A DNA stretch of 64,000 nucleotides, taken from contig CM052816.1 in assembly GCA_028534125.1 (NCBI GenBank), positions 99,016,001 through 99,080,000 of the forward strand, given 5' to 3'. The first letter of the stretch is position 1. Each line of letters starts with the position of its first letter. The notes beneath the pieces were generated by a model. That model was given only the letters and a program-made list of their open reading frames with translations, ran no database searches and was not told the origin of the DNA. Shown in pieces: positions 1 through 13,047 of this stretch. Source of the stretch: Lama glama. Its lineage: Eukaryota. The translations under genes and the position numbers were made by a program.

Positions 1-304
1 TCAGGTTGTGATCAACAAGTTTGACGTTATTGTTGGAAACTGTCAAATGTCTGGAACGTTAAAGAAGCCCCTTCCTTGACCCACGGGGGCGCAGGTACTG
101 CTGCACTCTTGGAAATGTGAGCGCGTCATTAGACCACTTGGTTTTCTGCTCCCCTTTAACTGGCCCTCCCTGCTGACGTCCCCAGGTGGTGGTCCCCCCC
201 GAGTGGCCCTGGCCTTCCTGCTGGGGACCAGATGCCCCTCAAGTATCATGAGCAGTCCACCTTCCACGTCTTTGTCTCCGCCCCCAGACCAGAGGTCAGC
301 AATG

Positions 305-480
305 ACCCGTGAATGAGTGGGGTGGCTGTGTTCCAATAAAACTTTATTTACGAACTCTGAAATTTGAATTTTGTCTCATTTTCATGTGTCATCAAATAGT
401 ATTCTTCTTTTACTGTTTTTTAAAACATTTTAAAATGTCAAACCCATTCTTAGCTTGTGGGCCAGGCAAAAACAAGCCTT
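305..480 (+). mobile_element. MER58B-like hAT-Charlie MITE fragment
   Basis: Contains 'ggctgtgttccaataaaactttattta...tgaaatttgaattt...cccattcttagcttgtgggcc', matching my recall of the MER58B 3' half. Confidence 0.8.
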
Positions 481-1432
481 TCTGTCGACTCTACAAAGGA
501 CTAACGTGAGAAGAAACTAGGAGCGTGTGTTGCGCACGGCTTCTTAAACGTGCCTTTCCTGGGGCTGCGTTCTCGGGTTCCGGTGACAGTTCTGTTCAGT
601 GCAGGGCTACTGAGCAGCAGACCCTAGGACACCCTCAAGCGGTGACTGTCATCTCAATTAATGTCGCTCAGCTATGCTCCTGTGAGCGTATTCAGCCAGA
701 AGGATGATTTAAATGTTTCTATGGAGAAGTAACTAAGTGAAATGTGCACACAGCTTTTGAAAAACTCGTTAAACTGCAAATAGGCTTAGCAATAAACCTT
801 CTTTGAAAAATTATTGCTGTTTTGAATGATGAATTTTCTTTAAATTAGATCAGGTTATGTTCAGACACATTGCTGAAGCTGCACCTTAAAATTTAAAACC
901 CTGTGATGTATGTGAGAGTATCTTTCATCCGGGATCTGTCGTCTCATTTCCCCACCTTTCATATGCCGTACATCTCGCGCCTTCCATTTGCTGTTTCTAG
1001 TCTTGTCCCTGGCAGGTCCTTGGTTGGCAATTTTCCACCGCTGTTACTGGGGAGTGCATGTGCATAAGATAATTCACTATTCTGGAAACATCCCAGGACA
1101 AGGAAGGAGAGGAAAGATTTCTTCCTTTAGTTTAGTATCAAATTTTACTTTAAGTCCCTATGGCGTTTGTAGCCACAGAATTCCCATCCCTGAAATGTTG
1201 AATTCTTCAGAAAGGTTCCGGAAATATAAAGCTTTTCAGAAAAGTTACTTGACCTGGAGAGTTAAAAATGTACACTTTATGCATTCTCTTGGTTTCACAT
1301 GGTTGGAAATTTCTGTGGAATCACTTTTTGGGTTTAGTGCTTTTATTTCAAGAGGAAGACAATTCTCATTTTATGGAAATGGTTGGGATAGGATACATTT
1401 AAATCAAACATTTTTTTTCTGTTTTCCTGCAG

Positions 1433-2290
1433 CACTCTGAGAAGCCTATAGAACCAGGATAAGCTTCAGAAAAGAATGTTTAAGATACGTTATAATATTT
1501 GCAATATTCAGGGTGATGCTGTAGAGAAATCTGATGTTCCTTGCTCACGGCAGCTCTGTCCTCGTTTCCCTGAGAACTGGCTTATGTTGTGTCTGTGTAG
1601 CAACAACAAGTCTTTCTAGACACAGCTGTCGTGGAGCCAGGGGTCCCCAGTGAGTCCTCTTTCTCAGGCTACAGGCAGGAGTCTGTTCCCTTAGTCGGTA
1701 AAAACACACCGAGGACCAGCCAGTGGCTGGGGCCTTGCGCTGTGCCGACCTTTCTCCTTTTCTGCTCTGTTCCTCCATCTCTGAAAACACCCAGCTCCCT
1801 CACAAACATGTGCCTTCGGTCACAGGGGGGCCTGGGTGGGAGGCTGCGGCTGGACCAGTTCTCATCCACCACCCCCCACGGGAAATGACTCAAACCACAC
1901 GACTCGGTGGCCCTGAGCCACCCAACTCATCCGTGCGGACAAAGGCGGCAGGTCAACATTGCTAACAAAGTGTGACTGCCAGAACGTCTTACGTCTCTCA
2001 AACATGTTTATTTCCTCCCATTACTCTTGCGTTGCTTCCTGCATCATTGTAAGCATCATTAAGAAATGGGCAAAATCCGTTTATCATTTTCAATTGCACA
2101 ATACTGAAGTTATCAGTCAGCATTCTGGAATCATTCCCTGAGCACTCCCTTGCAAATAGCTGTAGCTTATTACTGGCTCCAAATAATTACTTACTAAATA
2201 TGATAATTTCTGAAGCATAACTTACATAGGTCAGCAGAATTGTTCATTTTAATGCAATTTTGCTTAATAAAAAAGATCTATTGATCTGAA
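1433..2290 (+). other. Candidate terminal exon / 3' UTR of an unidentified + strand transcript
   Basis: Strong acceptor 'ttttttttctgttttcctgcag|' ending at 1432; a stop in all three frames within 30 nt (phase 0 = HSEKPIEPG*, TAA 1460-1462); AATAAA near 2266. Confidence 0.35.
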
Positions 2291-2931
2291 TCTAACTTAA
2301 GATGTTCAATTTTCTTTATTACCTATCTCTCCCACATGTCTTCATTCAGAGAGTTTATAATATTTTTTTCTTCCAATTACTTACACCACATCCACTTCTG
2401 TGAGCATCATCCCCCATCGTCATTTCTCAGGGTCATGTCGATTTAAAATGACAGGAAGAGAGGGGGCTTCCCCGTTACTGAAGCCAATCCGAACCTCGCT
2501 GGCACCTCAGCTGATACAGAGATGGTGAGAATGACGATTCAGGCAGAGAAACAGGAGGGTCCCTGGGTTCAAACCTGAGAGGTGGGAAGTGAGACCGAGG
2601 GACAGGTGGGCTCTCTTCACTGTGTGATGAGAAAGGTGGGTGTGGAAACCTTGTTCTGAACCCCAAGATGGGCCACTGAGAGATGGAACCCGACTTCAGT
2701 CTATGATCAGCCTGTGATGTGATTTCAGATTTTCATCAGTTGGTGCCCCACTGGTTCTCATGTAGAGAGCGCACTGTGTGTGTGTGTGCACACGCGCGTG
2801 CGTTACCACACACATGCTCTTGTATGTTTGCGAATTAGTGCCTGTATTTCTGGATGGGTGCCTGTGTATGCATGTGTGTGTTTAGGGGAGGAATAGTGAA
2901 AACTTTGATACAAAAAAAATCTAGTTTGGAA

Positions 2932-2945
2932 GTAACTATGGCAAC
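2932..2945. promoter_or_regulatory. RFX X-box-like motif
   Basis: GTAACTATGGCAAC, close to the X-box palindrome GTTGCCATGGCAAC. Confidence 0.35.
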
Positions 2946-3159
2946 AAAGAGGAAAAATTATGAAGACAGGTTATGACAAGTATAGATTGTCATGCCATGG
3001 GAGAGACACATGAAAAAAAGAGGAGGAATTAAAATAATCAGAACTTGGCTGCTGATTAGGTGAAATGGCCCCACAACTGACCTCCAGGCCCAACACAGTT
3101 TCTGTTACATGATAAGAAATCAATACACAGATACTAAACATTGAAACAGTAAATTAATT

Positions 3160-3815
3160 TTAATTCAGTCTAAAGCTTTTAATTTAAGCTTCCAATTTTC
3201 TGACATCTGGGGAAGGGTCATAAATTTTAACCTGCAGGTTTTTCAAGGGGTCTGTTCATCTTGTATAGTGCAGTCCATCAAACCGGCAAAGCACAGCTTG
3301 TAAAATCTATATGAATTTAAATATCCTGGACATTCAAGGCATGGTCATTTAAGAAAATCTATGTTTTTCTTCTTTTTAGTGTGATCACACCTGTGTCCAG
3401 ATTGAGCTCTGGACCCTATTCACTCGGTAGAAACCACCAAGCACTGATTTGTCCCTTGGTTGTCACCTGCTTGGGGGACCTATTTGAGTCTAGGGCCTGT
3501 CATTGCATAAAGAAAACTGAGAACAGCTAACTCTCGGTGACCACCCCATTGGAAGAGGAGTCTGATTTCAGCCAATGGGATGTTTTCCTATAATACCCAG
3601 TAAAAAATCCACCAGTATCTGCCTCACAAATGTTGACAACAGGGTCTTCAGGTCTTCCTCGTCGATATTTCCCAATCTCTTCCGTCACTGATACGAAGAA
3701 TTGACACCAGAGCTAGTGTGTTCACTGTAATGATATTAAGAAGGGTTCTCCCAACCAGGCTCTTCCTTATTGCGTCTACTTTTTGTGAAGTATTGAAAGC
3801 CACCATTGCCATTTT
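3160..3815 (-). other. Candidate terminal exon of a - strand transcript
   Basis: Minus-strand acceptor 'gctgagtttctgtctttcaccacag|' at 3816-3817; phase-1 frame reads ENGNGGFQYFTKSRRNKEEPGWENPS* (TAA 3738-3736); ATTAAA-type signals near 3160-3183; the 3' end is a guess. Confidence 0.3.
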
Positions 3816-6300
3816 CTGTGGTGAAAGACAGAAACTCAGCCAAGAGCTACTGGAAGTGTCTACCTTCCCCCCCTCCAGGGAAGAGAGTGCAGCTCGCAAA
3901 TACATTCTAACGCGATACTGCCCTGTGTTTCCATCAGGTCTTAGCGTGGATCTGAAGCCCCAGGCCCGTGAACCTCCCACCGCCTTCCTTCTGTGCATTA
4001 CCCTGTCATGACTTAACAGTCGCCAAACAGAGGTCCCTATCTTCCCACGCCCAGCAGGCCTCAGTCCTCACGGGGACCACACTGGATCTCAGAACAATCA
4101 TCTTGCTCCATGCAGGCCCAGCCACTGCATCTTTCAGCAGGAAACTGCAGTTCCTAAACTCACGCAGGTTTGCTCTGGAGGGTCGGGGAGCACAAAGCCC
4201 AGACGTGACTTAGCCGTGGGCATGTGCACGTGGAGGCGGGGCAACGTGCACGTCGGAATGTCAGGCGAGGGGCACTCTGAGGTCTGGAGGAGGGCTGAGG
4301 TCACCACGCCGATGTGAATGAGGAACCCCTGGAAGGGAGGGGCGGCTCTCCTTTGCTGCAGTGGATTGGACTCGCACGGGGCCACGTGGCACGATTCAGG
4401 TCTGCGTGGTAGAATTGTTAGGGGCTATTTTTACCAAGACAGGAATTTGTGGCGCCTGGGAGAGCGGATACCATGTAGGGCACAGGAATGACCTGGAAAG
4501 AGATAAGATCGGAGCAGAGCTGAGTATATAAAAGAATAATAACCACGGTCTGGGGGTATGATCCCAGAAGTACAGTCTAAGTCTGTGAAGCAGCAGGGAA
4601 CGCTGACCCAGGTGAATCCGTCCTCTCAGCCATTGTCCGAGTTTTGGATAAACAGAGCTGGGGACTCGGTGAGGCAGTGTGTCCCCTCTCCATGGCCTTG
4701 CTGCTGGGTCACGACTCAAGAAAAGACAGACTTAGTATCGAGTCTGCACATCACACGTCAGTTTTTGGCATGCATGCACAAAGTCACTTGTTCACCCTGT
4801 TCTAATAGCTGAGTGACGGTTCCAACCGCCGTCTTCAGGAACTCCAACCAATTCCTTGCATGGAAACTTTGCAAGGAGGTGGCGGCAAGACCAGCCAGGC
4901 TTGGAGGGCAGAGTCCTGGTGAGGTGGACGGACGCAGGACCAGCCTGGCTTCAGACAGTGAGTGACCTGAGGTGATGAGCTTGCCAAACTTGCACATGGA
5001 AGATGCTCTCAGGGTGCAGAAGTGAACAGGTATGAGGGCACTGGTGCGTCCTGCCAGGTCAGGGACAAAGCACTGAGCAGAAGCCCAGGAGAAGGGCTGA
5101 CCGTGTGAGAGGCTCAGAGACCCCGCCAGGGCACAGGAGAACGGGCAAGCGCTTTGCTCTCCTGAGCAGTGCGGAGCCTGAAGCCAGATCAAGGAGTGGA
5201 GGCACCAAAGAAGCCAGAATATGCACACGGAGGGAAGGAGTGAGGACGTGCTGTTAACCCGGGCATCCCGGGCTCGGGTGCGTGCAGCCGAGGGTCCGGG
5301 TGGACCAGCGCACCAGCAGGGAGCCGGAGGGCTCTGTCTTTCTCGCTCGGCCTGCGCGGAATCTGAAGCTTATTTTAAGATCACAACACATGACACAGAT
5401 AAGAATTTTTGTTTTAAACGAGAAAACAAATCACAGCAAAGTATCATTTATATGGAAGCACTCACACAAATGAATGAATAAGGGAACTGCTACAGGTCAA
5501 TTTTATTTTCCTATAATTTTGGATGGATATCTTTTTAAGTGATAGTGATTTTCTAGAAAAAGCTGGAAAGATAAGTTAGTCTTTGCCTCAACCTGCCTGT
5601 GTGAAATCGATTGGTGTTGCTAAACATAGAAACACACAAACCACGCAGCCTCCCCTGCAGGACCGCCGGCCGCCTGCGCTGCTGAAGTGGACGCGTGCTC
5701 CACGAACTTCACGACGCTGATAAATTCCATCTCAGGAGATATCTATCAAAAAGGGAAAAAAATGCAATTCTAAATATCACTGCTGCTCTACTGAGGACAT
5801 TCTGATGGGGGCAAAATTCATCTCGATGAGGAAATCTGCCTACGATTTTACAAATCTGGGAACTGGAAGACATTCCCATAGACTCCCTCCTGACGCTAAC
5901 GCTGTACGTTTGGAAACTCGCCTCAAGCATCACTGCAGGCTTTGATGCCAACAGTCGTGGGATGTGTTCCTATCACAGGCCCTCTGGCCTGGGTCTTTGC
6001 ATGTGCCTGATGAGTTAATGGTAGAAACAGCTACCGGTAATTTAATTATACAGGGAAGTGACGGCAAACTCATTAATCAGGTTAAATTACAGGCTAAATA
6101 TATCCTGAAAGCAGCTCCACAAATTAGCCCCCACAATGCCCGTGGCCGTTCAATGCCTGCAGCCACGAGAGGAAGGTGGTCTGCTCCTTCTCGGCCAGCT
6201 GTTGCCCTGAAGCGTGGGGCACCTGGGCACTCCAGTTATAATCGTGAGAACGTTATGTTGAGAAATATGGATGTGTTTATGATATGTTGCTCTTAAAAGC

Positions 6301-6618
6301 AGAGACATGTAAACTTATCTACAAAAGAGAGACAGACTCACAAACATAGTGAAAACCTTTACGGTTACTAGGAAAGGGGGTGGGAAGGGATAAATTGGGA
6401 GTTGGAGATTTGCAATATTAACTACTATACATAACACATAAACAACAAGTTTCTACTGTACAGCACAGGGAGCTATACTCAGCATCTTGCAGTAGCCTGT
6501 AATGAAAAAGAATCTGAGAAGGAATATATGTCTGTCCACGTATGGCTGAAACACGATGCTGTGCACCAGAAATGGACGCGACATTGGAAACTGACTGTAC
6601 TTCAACTGAAAAAAAAAG
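6301..6618 (+). mobile_element. 5'-truncated L1 3' end
   Basis: Typical L1 3' UTR ('gacagactcacaaacatag...gggagttggagatttgca...ctactgtacagcacagggagctatactc...') ending in an A tail; flanked by near-identical aaaagcaga(g/c)ac, a probable TSD. Confidence 0.9.
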
Positions 6619-9004
6619 CAGACACACGGAAAGAATCTGAAGTCAAAAAGAACGTGATTTTTGACCAACAGGGAGCCTGGGGCGGGTAGTCACGCTTACA
6701 CATCGTGGAGACAGAGTCAAGGGGCAGCTGTCAGCTCGAGCTGAGTGGCCCTGCGTGGAGCCTGAAACACGTGCGCGCACAGCACCGCGCACTTTGTTGT
6801 CGGGTTTCTGTTTACAGTTTGCAGGAGAAGGGGGAACCTCGCCCTGCTCCAGGCTAGCCTCGTGGGTCCAGGTCTTGTGACGAGGAGTTGCCCCACACAT
6901 GGGATCTGAACTGCGTTCTGATGCTGTTCAGAGCACAGACCCTCTCGGATTCTATTCCACTAATGCCTAGAGACAATATTCTATATATTTCACCTTTCGT
7001 GTTGTGGTGGCTGAAAAATTCCAGCCGCGAAGCTGTGGTTAGGAGCTGAAACTGCTCCCAGCTGAAACCAGGTGCCTGCACACCACCTATACTGTCTCCT
7101 CGGAGACTGAACGCTCAAGCTCCCACCACCGTCAGCAAACAACCAAGTTTGCGGCAGGAAGCGCCGACCCAGCTCACCAACAAAACGGAGCCCAGCACGT
7201 GGCAGGCCGGGCTCGACTGAAATTGTGGTCGGTGATTGTGTTTCCCAAATAAACGAATAACCTCCTTCCCGGGGCTAGATGCTGCAAAGCCGGCTGTGCA
7301 ACCACAGACCCAGGACCGCTGTGCTCATCTGGGGTGGACTAATCCTTTTCTGATGAGGAAACTCCAAGGAATTACTTATAACAGATTTGTAAGACTCCTG
7401 AGGATGGACCGTCTACTTCCAAATGCATGAAGTCACATATCTTCCAACCGACAAGCCACCCCCTGGACGGTGCAATACTCCAGTGAAAGCCGTCTTCACA
7501 GGGGACCCACACAGAGAGAGACAACCTCTGGAAAGATGACGGCAGCCATACGAGTGCCTCAGAGCAGGCGGCCCTGCGTCAGTGGACACAGGGCTTGTCA
7601 GTATTTCCCTGGAGTGCATTTAGCAGAGATTATTTGAGAGAGACATATATTTCTGTAGGAGCTGTTAGTCTGACAGTGGTAAACGTTGCCTCTGAAAACA
7701 GGATCATAATCATAACATGATGAACACAATCATATTTTAGAAGGGGGTGGAAATCTGAGAGTACTCACATGAGAGCAGTAAAAATAATCAAAAGGTCAGA
7801 AAACGGGTCTGATGAGCAAAGGCTGATGGCTGAGCAAGGAGGGGAAACACCCTGAGTGGGCGTCTTTGAGGGCTGGGCCTAGGGAGGGCACAGGAGGGAG
7901 CAGAGAGGCAAGAATGGAAGATTATGCCGAAAAGGAAGCAGTGCATATTAAAACCAGAAAACACCTCGGAAACCATATTTGGAGGCCCACCTGATCTGAC
8001 AGTTAGAATCCATGAGGCCAAGGCCCAGAAATCTGCTTTTTAAAAAAAAATCTCCAATTTTTTTAACTTGTTGATCACCAAAATGGAAGCCCGTGAATCA
8101 GTCCACCTCCTATTACAAACAGAACAGTGAGGTAGCTAGAAGGGAAAGAAAAAAACAAAAAGGCATTTTGATTTCATGCTGAATTAGAAATTAGGAAAGT
8201 CTGCTATGTGAATTCTGCAGCCAAGTCTCCAAATATCTCAAAGTATTGCTTGCCTGTCTTTCGCGTGATGTGGACCGAGGCACCATTTTGGGTCTCTGGT
8301 GTGGACACAAATCCGAGAAGCTTTGCAGCCCCATCTCGTCGTGGTCCAGGGAGGTTAGCCAGGCCTAGTGTTTTACTGCAATCAGGAAGGCTGTGTACTT
8401 TTATTTCCCTCTGGACTTGGATATGTGCTTTTATTGTTCTCTTTAGATGCTTCTCAACTCAGCAAGAAGAGCCTCCCTCCCTCGGCACAGATTTAATTTG
8501 GCAGCATCCTTCACTGTTCTCCTTATCAAAGACGGCACTTGGGAAGAACCTATTTTGCCTAATGGAGTGCTTGGCACCGAGACCCCACAGGCAATCGCCC
8601 GAGTGGTCAGCCTGTTTGTTGCACCTTCAGGGACACGTGCTGAATTCTGAGACCACGTTTCGAATAGTTAACACACTCGTCTTCCTCGTCTTGCTCCTCA
8701 CTGGTCTCAATTGCTACCATTTGAAAGATGCTCGAAGTTCAGCTCTGAGGGTTTAAAAGACAGAAAGCCATGGGAGACCCTTGGAAGCCATCCCACTCAC
8801 GCAAGCTGATGATAACTGGATGATAAACACGCAGATTACTCTGCACTCCCAGGGAAATAAGACAGCACAGAGGAAGCAGAATCAATTGGCTCCGCTTTGC
8901 AGTTTGATGGTTCTATTAAAGAGGAACATGACTATGTCCTCGTATTTGTTAGCAAATCACTTTTTACCTACTTGACGTTCTTGCCTTTTGACCTAGGTAG
9001 CATT

Positions 9005-9150
9005 GAGTCCCAGATCTGCAGTGGACCTGTCTCTGCCGTGTACTGCTGCAAGTCACTTAGCTTTCTGGTTCTTGGTTTTCTCACCTTGCGATGAGAACAG
9101 CAATACCTACCACGTAGTGTAGCTGCGGGGATGAAACAAACACCTGTGGA
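9005..9150 (+). mobile_element. MIR SINE fragment
   Basis: Degenerate MIR core 'gcaagtcacttagctttctggttcttggttttctcacc...aatacctacc'. Confidence 0.6.
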
Positions 9151-11006
9151 ACTCTACACGTTAATGTCAAAGCTGTCAAAGCATTGGGTGTTTAAACTCA
9201 CTAGAGGACTGAGCATATATAGCGGTGGTAGAACCAACCTTCTCGCAAGCAGCAGGAAAGCCAAGGCACCATGACATACTGGTGCTCTGGGCTTGTTTCT
9301 TGTTTGTTTTTTTAATCTCCCTCTTCCAGATCCCTCATCTGATATTTAAATTCTGGAAAATAATCAATAGGTAATGGTAACTGCAGAGGGAAGGAGATGG
9401 TTTGAAACCGTTAGAGAGCAAATTGCTTTGCTATCATAACAAAACCATCCAAGAGTCACCAGGAAGCAATGGGAGACACACCTTCCGTGAATTCCACAGT
9501 CTTCCACTGCTGCTGGAACCATTTAGACATCGAGATGAGAAACCACCCAGGGGAGACGGAGATTGCCTGAAATTCACCTGATTTGGGGGAATCCTGTCCC
9601 ACTAAGTTCCTTCTTCTTCTGACCCTTTCTGCTGGTCCCTCTGGGACCCACCTTCCAACTGTACTTCCACGGGATTTTTCTCCATCAAAGGGAACGCCAG
9701 TTTACCAGTTTTCTGAATCATCCTTTCTGGTCCCCAAATAAGTGGCCTGCTTGTTGTTTTTTTTTTTTTCCTCCAAGTAGTTGATGCCCCTGGTAAGTGT
9801 TAGAGAAAGTCAAAATGGAAACAAAACAAAATGCACTGGGACAGTTAGGAGACCCCTCCCAATCTTCCTAAACTGAGTTGTTGGCCACGTGTCCTTCAGA
9901 ATACAAGTAGGGCCAGGACTCAGTTGCCTACCTCTTCCCTCAGCACAGTTGAAAAAGGGAACTTCTCTTGTTGGAGAATCAAACCCTAGCCTATGTCCTG
10001 TGTGCACTGCTTACTTCCTGCAGCTCAGTCCTGGTCCCCTCAGCCCCTTCCTGAGGACTCCTGCCTTTAGCCTGCCACCTCTCCTCGTCCCTCTTGACAA
10101 GACAAAGGTGAACAGCAGCTCATTTATACCTCAGATAACATTCTCAGAGGCATTGCTCTCCCAAGTTCATACTTCATGTATCAAAGTCACTGCTTAATAT
10201 CCAGAAAGTATCTTATAAGTCAAATAATTAAATGCACCCCTGAATGTAAAAATAGTGGAACATAAAAATTTGAGTTGATAAAAAATATATTTTGCAGAGA
10301 ATATGAGTAATATTTAAGTAATTTCAGCTTATTCTTAATAGTAAAGATACAGGCCTTTTGTGTGGATTTTCTTTTAACTTGCAATCATAACCTAATCTTT
10401 TTTACAAATGCACACAGTATCTACCTGCCCAACTCAAATGCCAAATGGTAATTTCATGAGTTTTTTTGGTCTTCGTTTTTTCAGTATTAATCTTTCAAGT
10501 GTGTATTTTAATTTAATGTGTATATATACAAATAATAGAAAAAACAGGATGAAACAAAAATGTAGCGTAAGTTTTGATGCCACTTTATTAGTCTTTACTA
10601 GAATTTTTCGAACTTTAAGGAAAACTGAGACCCTGCCATTCAAGCGGAATATCAAGTATGTGACGAAAAGGTACAGTCGTGATGTTTAGAGACCTTTGGG
10701 TAGGAGTCGGGGTAGGCAGACTGCTGGCTCAGAGGGATCCCCGAACTTCCCAGGTTCCCAGGAGCACAGATTGAAAACCATGTGGGCTGTAAGGTGGTTA
10801 AGCTCAGCCACCCCTGTGAGCGACACCAGTGAGCGTTCACCAGGCAACACCCAGTGTCACGCTGCTGCCTGGTGGGCCACCATTTTCACCAACAGGAAAT
10901 GACCCCTCCCAACTTACGGTCAGGAGTTAGCACCCCTCGATACTACAGCGTGACAGACATGGTGTCCTGCCCTGGGTATTTCTCCAAATTTCATGTGTGG
11001 TGCCCA

Positions 11007-11524
11007 TGTCGACTGAAATAACATGCACAACCTAGAAGTTAAGAGTTACATTTCATTCGGCGGACATTTCTGAGGACTTCAGCCCTGGATGACAGCCTCT
11101 CAGATTGCTCTGGGGGGAGGGGCCAGGATATACAGGCATTTTTACAACAAAGACCAGGTAGTTAGAACATTAAAAGGTTACTGTTAATTAATGAGAACCA
11201 GATGGCTCAAGCTGGGGAATTCAGTGCTTTTCCACGTGAGGGAAGGCGCGAGGGTCTGGGCTCACTGAAGGGCTCACGGTTCATTCTCATACTCATACTC
11301 ACTCCTTTGATGAGCACCCAGCTGTCTAGGGCCAGTGTCCTGTGCTTTCCCATCCTGAGTCCCCTTAGGGGGCACCGCTGGGGGAGCTGCAGAGGCTGGG
11401 CTGCCTGCGTGTCTCCATCCTGAGTCCCCTCTGCTCACCGTCAGGGATGGTGGTAGTGGCTGAAGACTTAATCGCCACAGAATCCCTTGTTTGCTGATAT
11501 GGCTGGCAATATTTTTCATTCACA
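11007..11524 (-). mobile_element. ERV1 solo LTR, MER41-like (laurasiatherian type)
   Basis: TG...CA termini (tgtcgactga...tttttcattcaca) with a 4-bp TSD CCCA at 11003-11006 and 11525-11528; body resembles recalled MER41_BT-type LTR. Confidence 0.85.
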
Positions 11525-11529
11525 CCCAA

Positions 11530-12600
11530 ATTGCCAAAACCCAAGGACAGTTTTCATTGCACACTCTAACGGACATCTTTGCAGAGCATAACATCTATTG
11601 CTTTTTCTTATCACCCAGACTCCTGGGCCTCTGGGGGACACCTCTTTCCTGGATCTTCCTGGATCTCCTTGGAAATTACCGCATGTTTTGTTTCATTAAA
11701 GAGCGGGGTCCCCTCTGGCTCCTCTCTTTAAACAGTGGTGATCTTGCGGGCTCCATCCTCAGGTCACCGCAGTCCTGCTGTCTCCCAAGTAAGGTCTCTG
11801 CCAGGGGAGCCCACGCCATCTCCAGATGTCGTCTGCTGTACCACCAGACACACACACACGTGCGTCTCCCACGCGATGCGCTCCCTCCCGGGAACATCAG
11901 ACGCACGCTTGGAAGTACCTGCTGGTGCTGCTCGTGCAGGTTCTGAGGGGTCGCGTCCTACCCCGGGTTTCCCTGCGTCAGAGCCCTTAACAGCACCGCT
12001 CCTCGGCCCTCTCGGCCTCCTCTCTCACTCCTGGTTGGCGAGTTTGGGCAGAGATGTCAGACGATGTGGGGCTTCAGCTCTTCTGGGCCCCGCCTTGGGG
12101 CAGACGTGTCTGCATCTTGCAGGTTCTCAGCTGCTCCGGGCCGTGCAAAGCAGGACTTAGGGGTGAGCCCACTGGACCATCCTCTTAGCGCCATCTTCCT
12201 GTAGAGCTCTTTAGTAAAGAACCTCACACTTGTGTCTCCAGGGAACTGGCCCTCTGCTTATCTCCCAAAGACCAAGCACGTCCACCTTCTCCCAGAGCTG
12301 TTCCTTCTCTCCATCACTCGCCTGTGTCAGAAACCCGGGGTCATTCTCAACAGCCTTCCGCTCCTAAGCCCTCCACCTCTAATTGGGCCTGAACCTTGGC
12401 TGCTCTTTCTCCAAACCTTCTCTTTCTGTTTCCATTACCAGTGCCCTGTCTCAGAGGTGAGTCCACTTGGCACACCGCAGTGATCTCCATGCCATGGTTT
12501 GAATCCCCCACCCCTCCCATCCCTGACCCTCCAAAGGCAGCTGAAGGCAGCTCCCAGGTGCCGGTGGGACCACACCAGCACCCATCAGATGCTCCTGTGG
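11530..12600 (+). mobile_element. L2 LINE fragments (degenerate, interrupted)
   Basis: 'aaattgccaaaacccaaggacagttttca...ggacacctctttcctgg' and 'agaaacccggggtcattctcaac' resemble L2 ORF2/3' regions. Confidence 0.55.
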
Positions 12601-12609
12601 CTTCCCATT

Positions 12610-12800
12610 TGTCTTAGCTGCAGATCACAGAAGACAACTCAAAAGAGCTTAAGCCAACCAAGGAACCTACTGGCTCATTGGACTGGAATGTCCAGGGGTT
12701 GAGCTGGACTCCTGCTTGGCTGGATGTGCACACATTGTAATCTCTCTCCTTCCACAGAGAAAGCTCACAGCCTCAGTGGCTGAAGATGGCCTTTTCACAG
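12610..12800 (-). mobile_element. Old MaLR LTR fragment (MLT1J/K-like)
   Basis: 'ttagctgcagatcacagaagacaactcaaaagagcttaagc...actggaatgtccagggg' resembles the antisense MLT1J/K end. Confidence 0.55.
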
Positions 12801-13047
12801 GCTCCATCTGGTTCTCCATCTTTCCCCCCACCAACTGTCATCCCATCTTTCCACTGTAGTCAATATTTATCAAACATAAATGTTCTTCTGTTACTCCATA
12901 TACCTCTGTCCAGGCTGCCCCCTTGTCAAAAATGTGACTTTCATTTTTTCCCTCTGGCCAAGATTACCTGTCCTCAAAAACCCAACTCCTTTTATCCATC
13001 ATCCCTCTTCTGTGGGGAACTGGACACACTACTCTGTCATCACTCAC

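Noticed and set aside
5642..5745. Possible minus-strand exon (ISPEMEFISVVKF...)
   Set aside because: Plausible acceptor but no convincing donor or phase-consistent join to neighbouring candidates.
8903..8941. Plus-strand peptide FDGSIKEEHDYVL with an HCF-1-binding-like EHDY motif
   Set aside because: Weak donor (GTATTT), a four-residue motif expected by chance, and no supporting gene model.
12442..12456. 15-nt microexon-like signal (ccag|TGCCCTGTCTCAGAG|gtgagt)
   Set aside because: Embedded in pyrimidine-rich L2 remnant sequence where such signals arise by chance.
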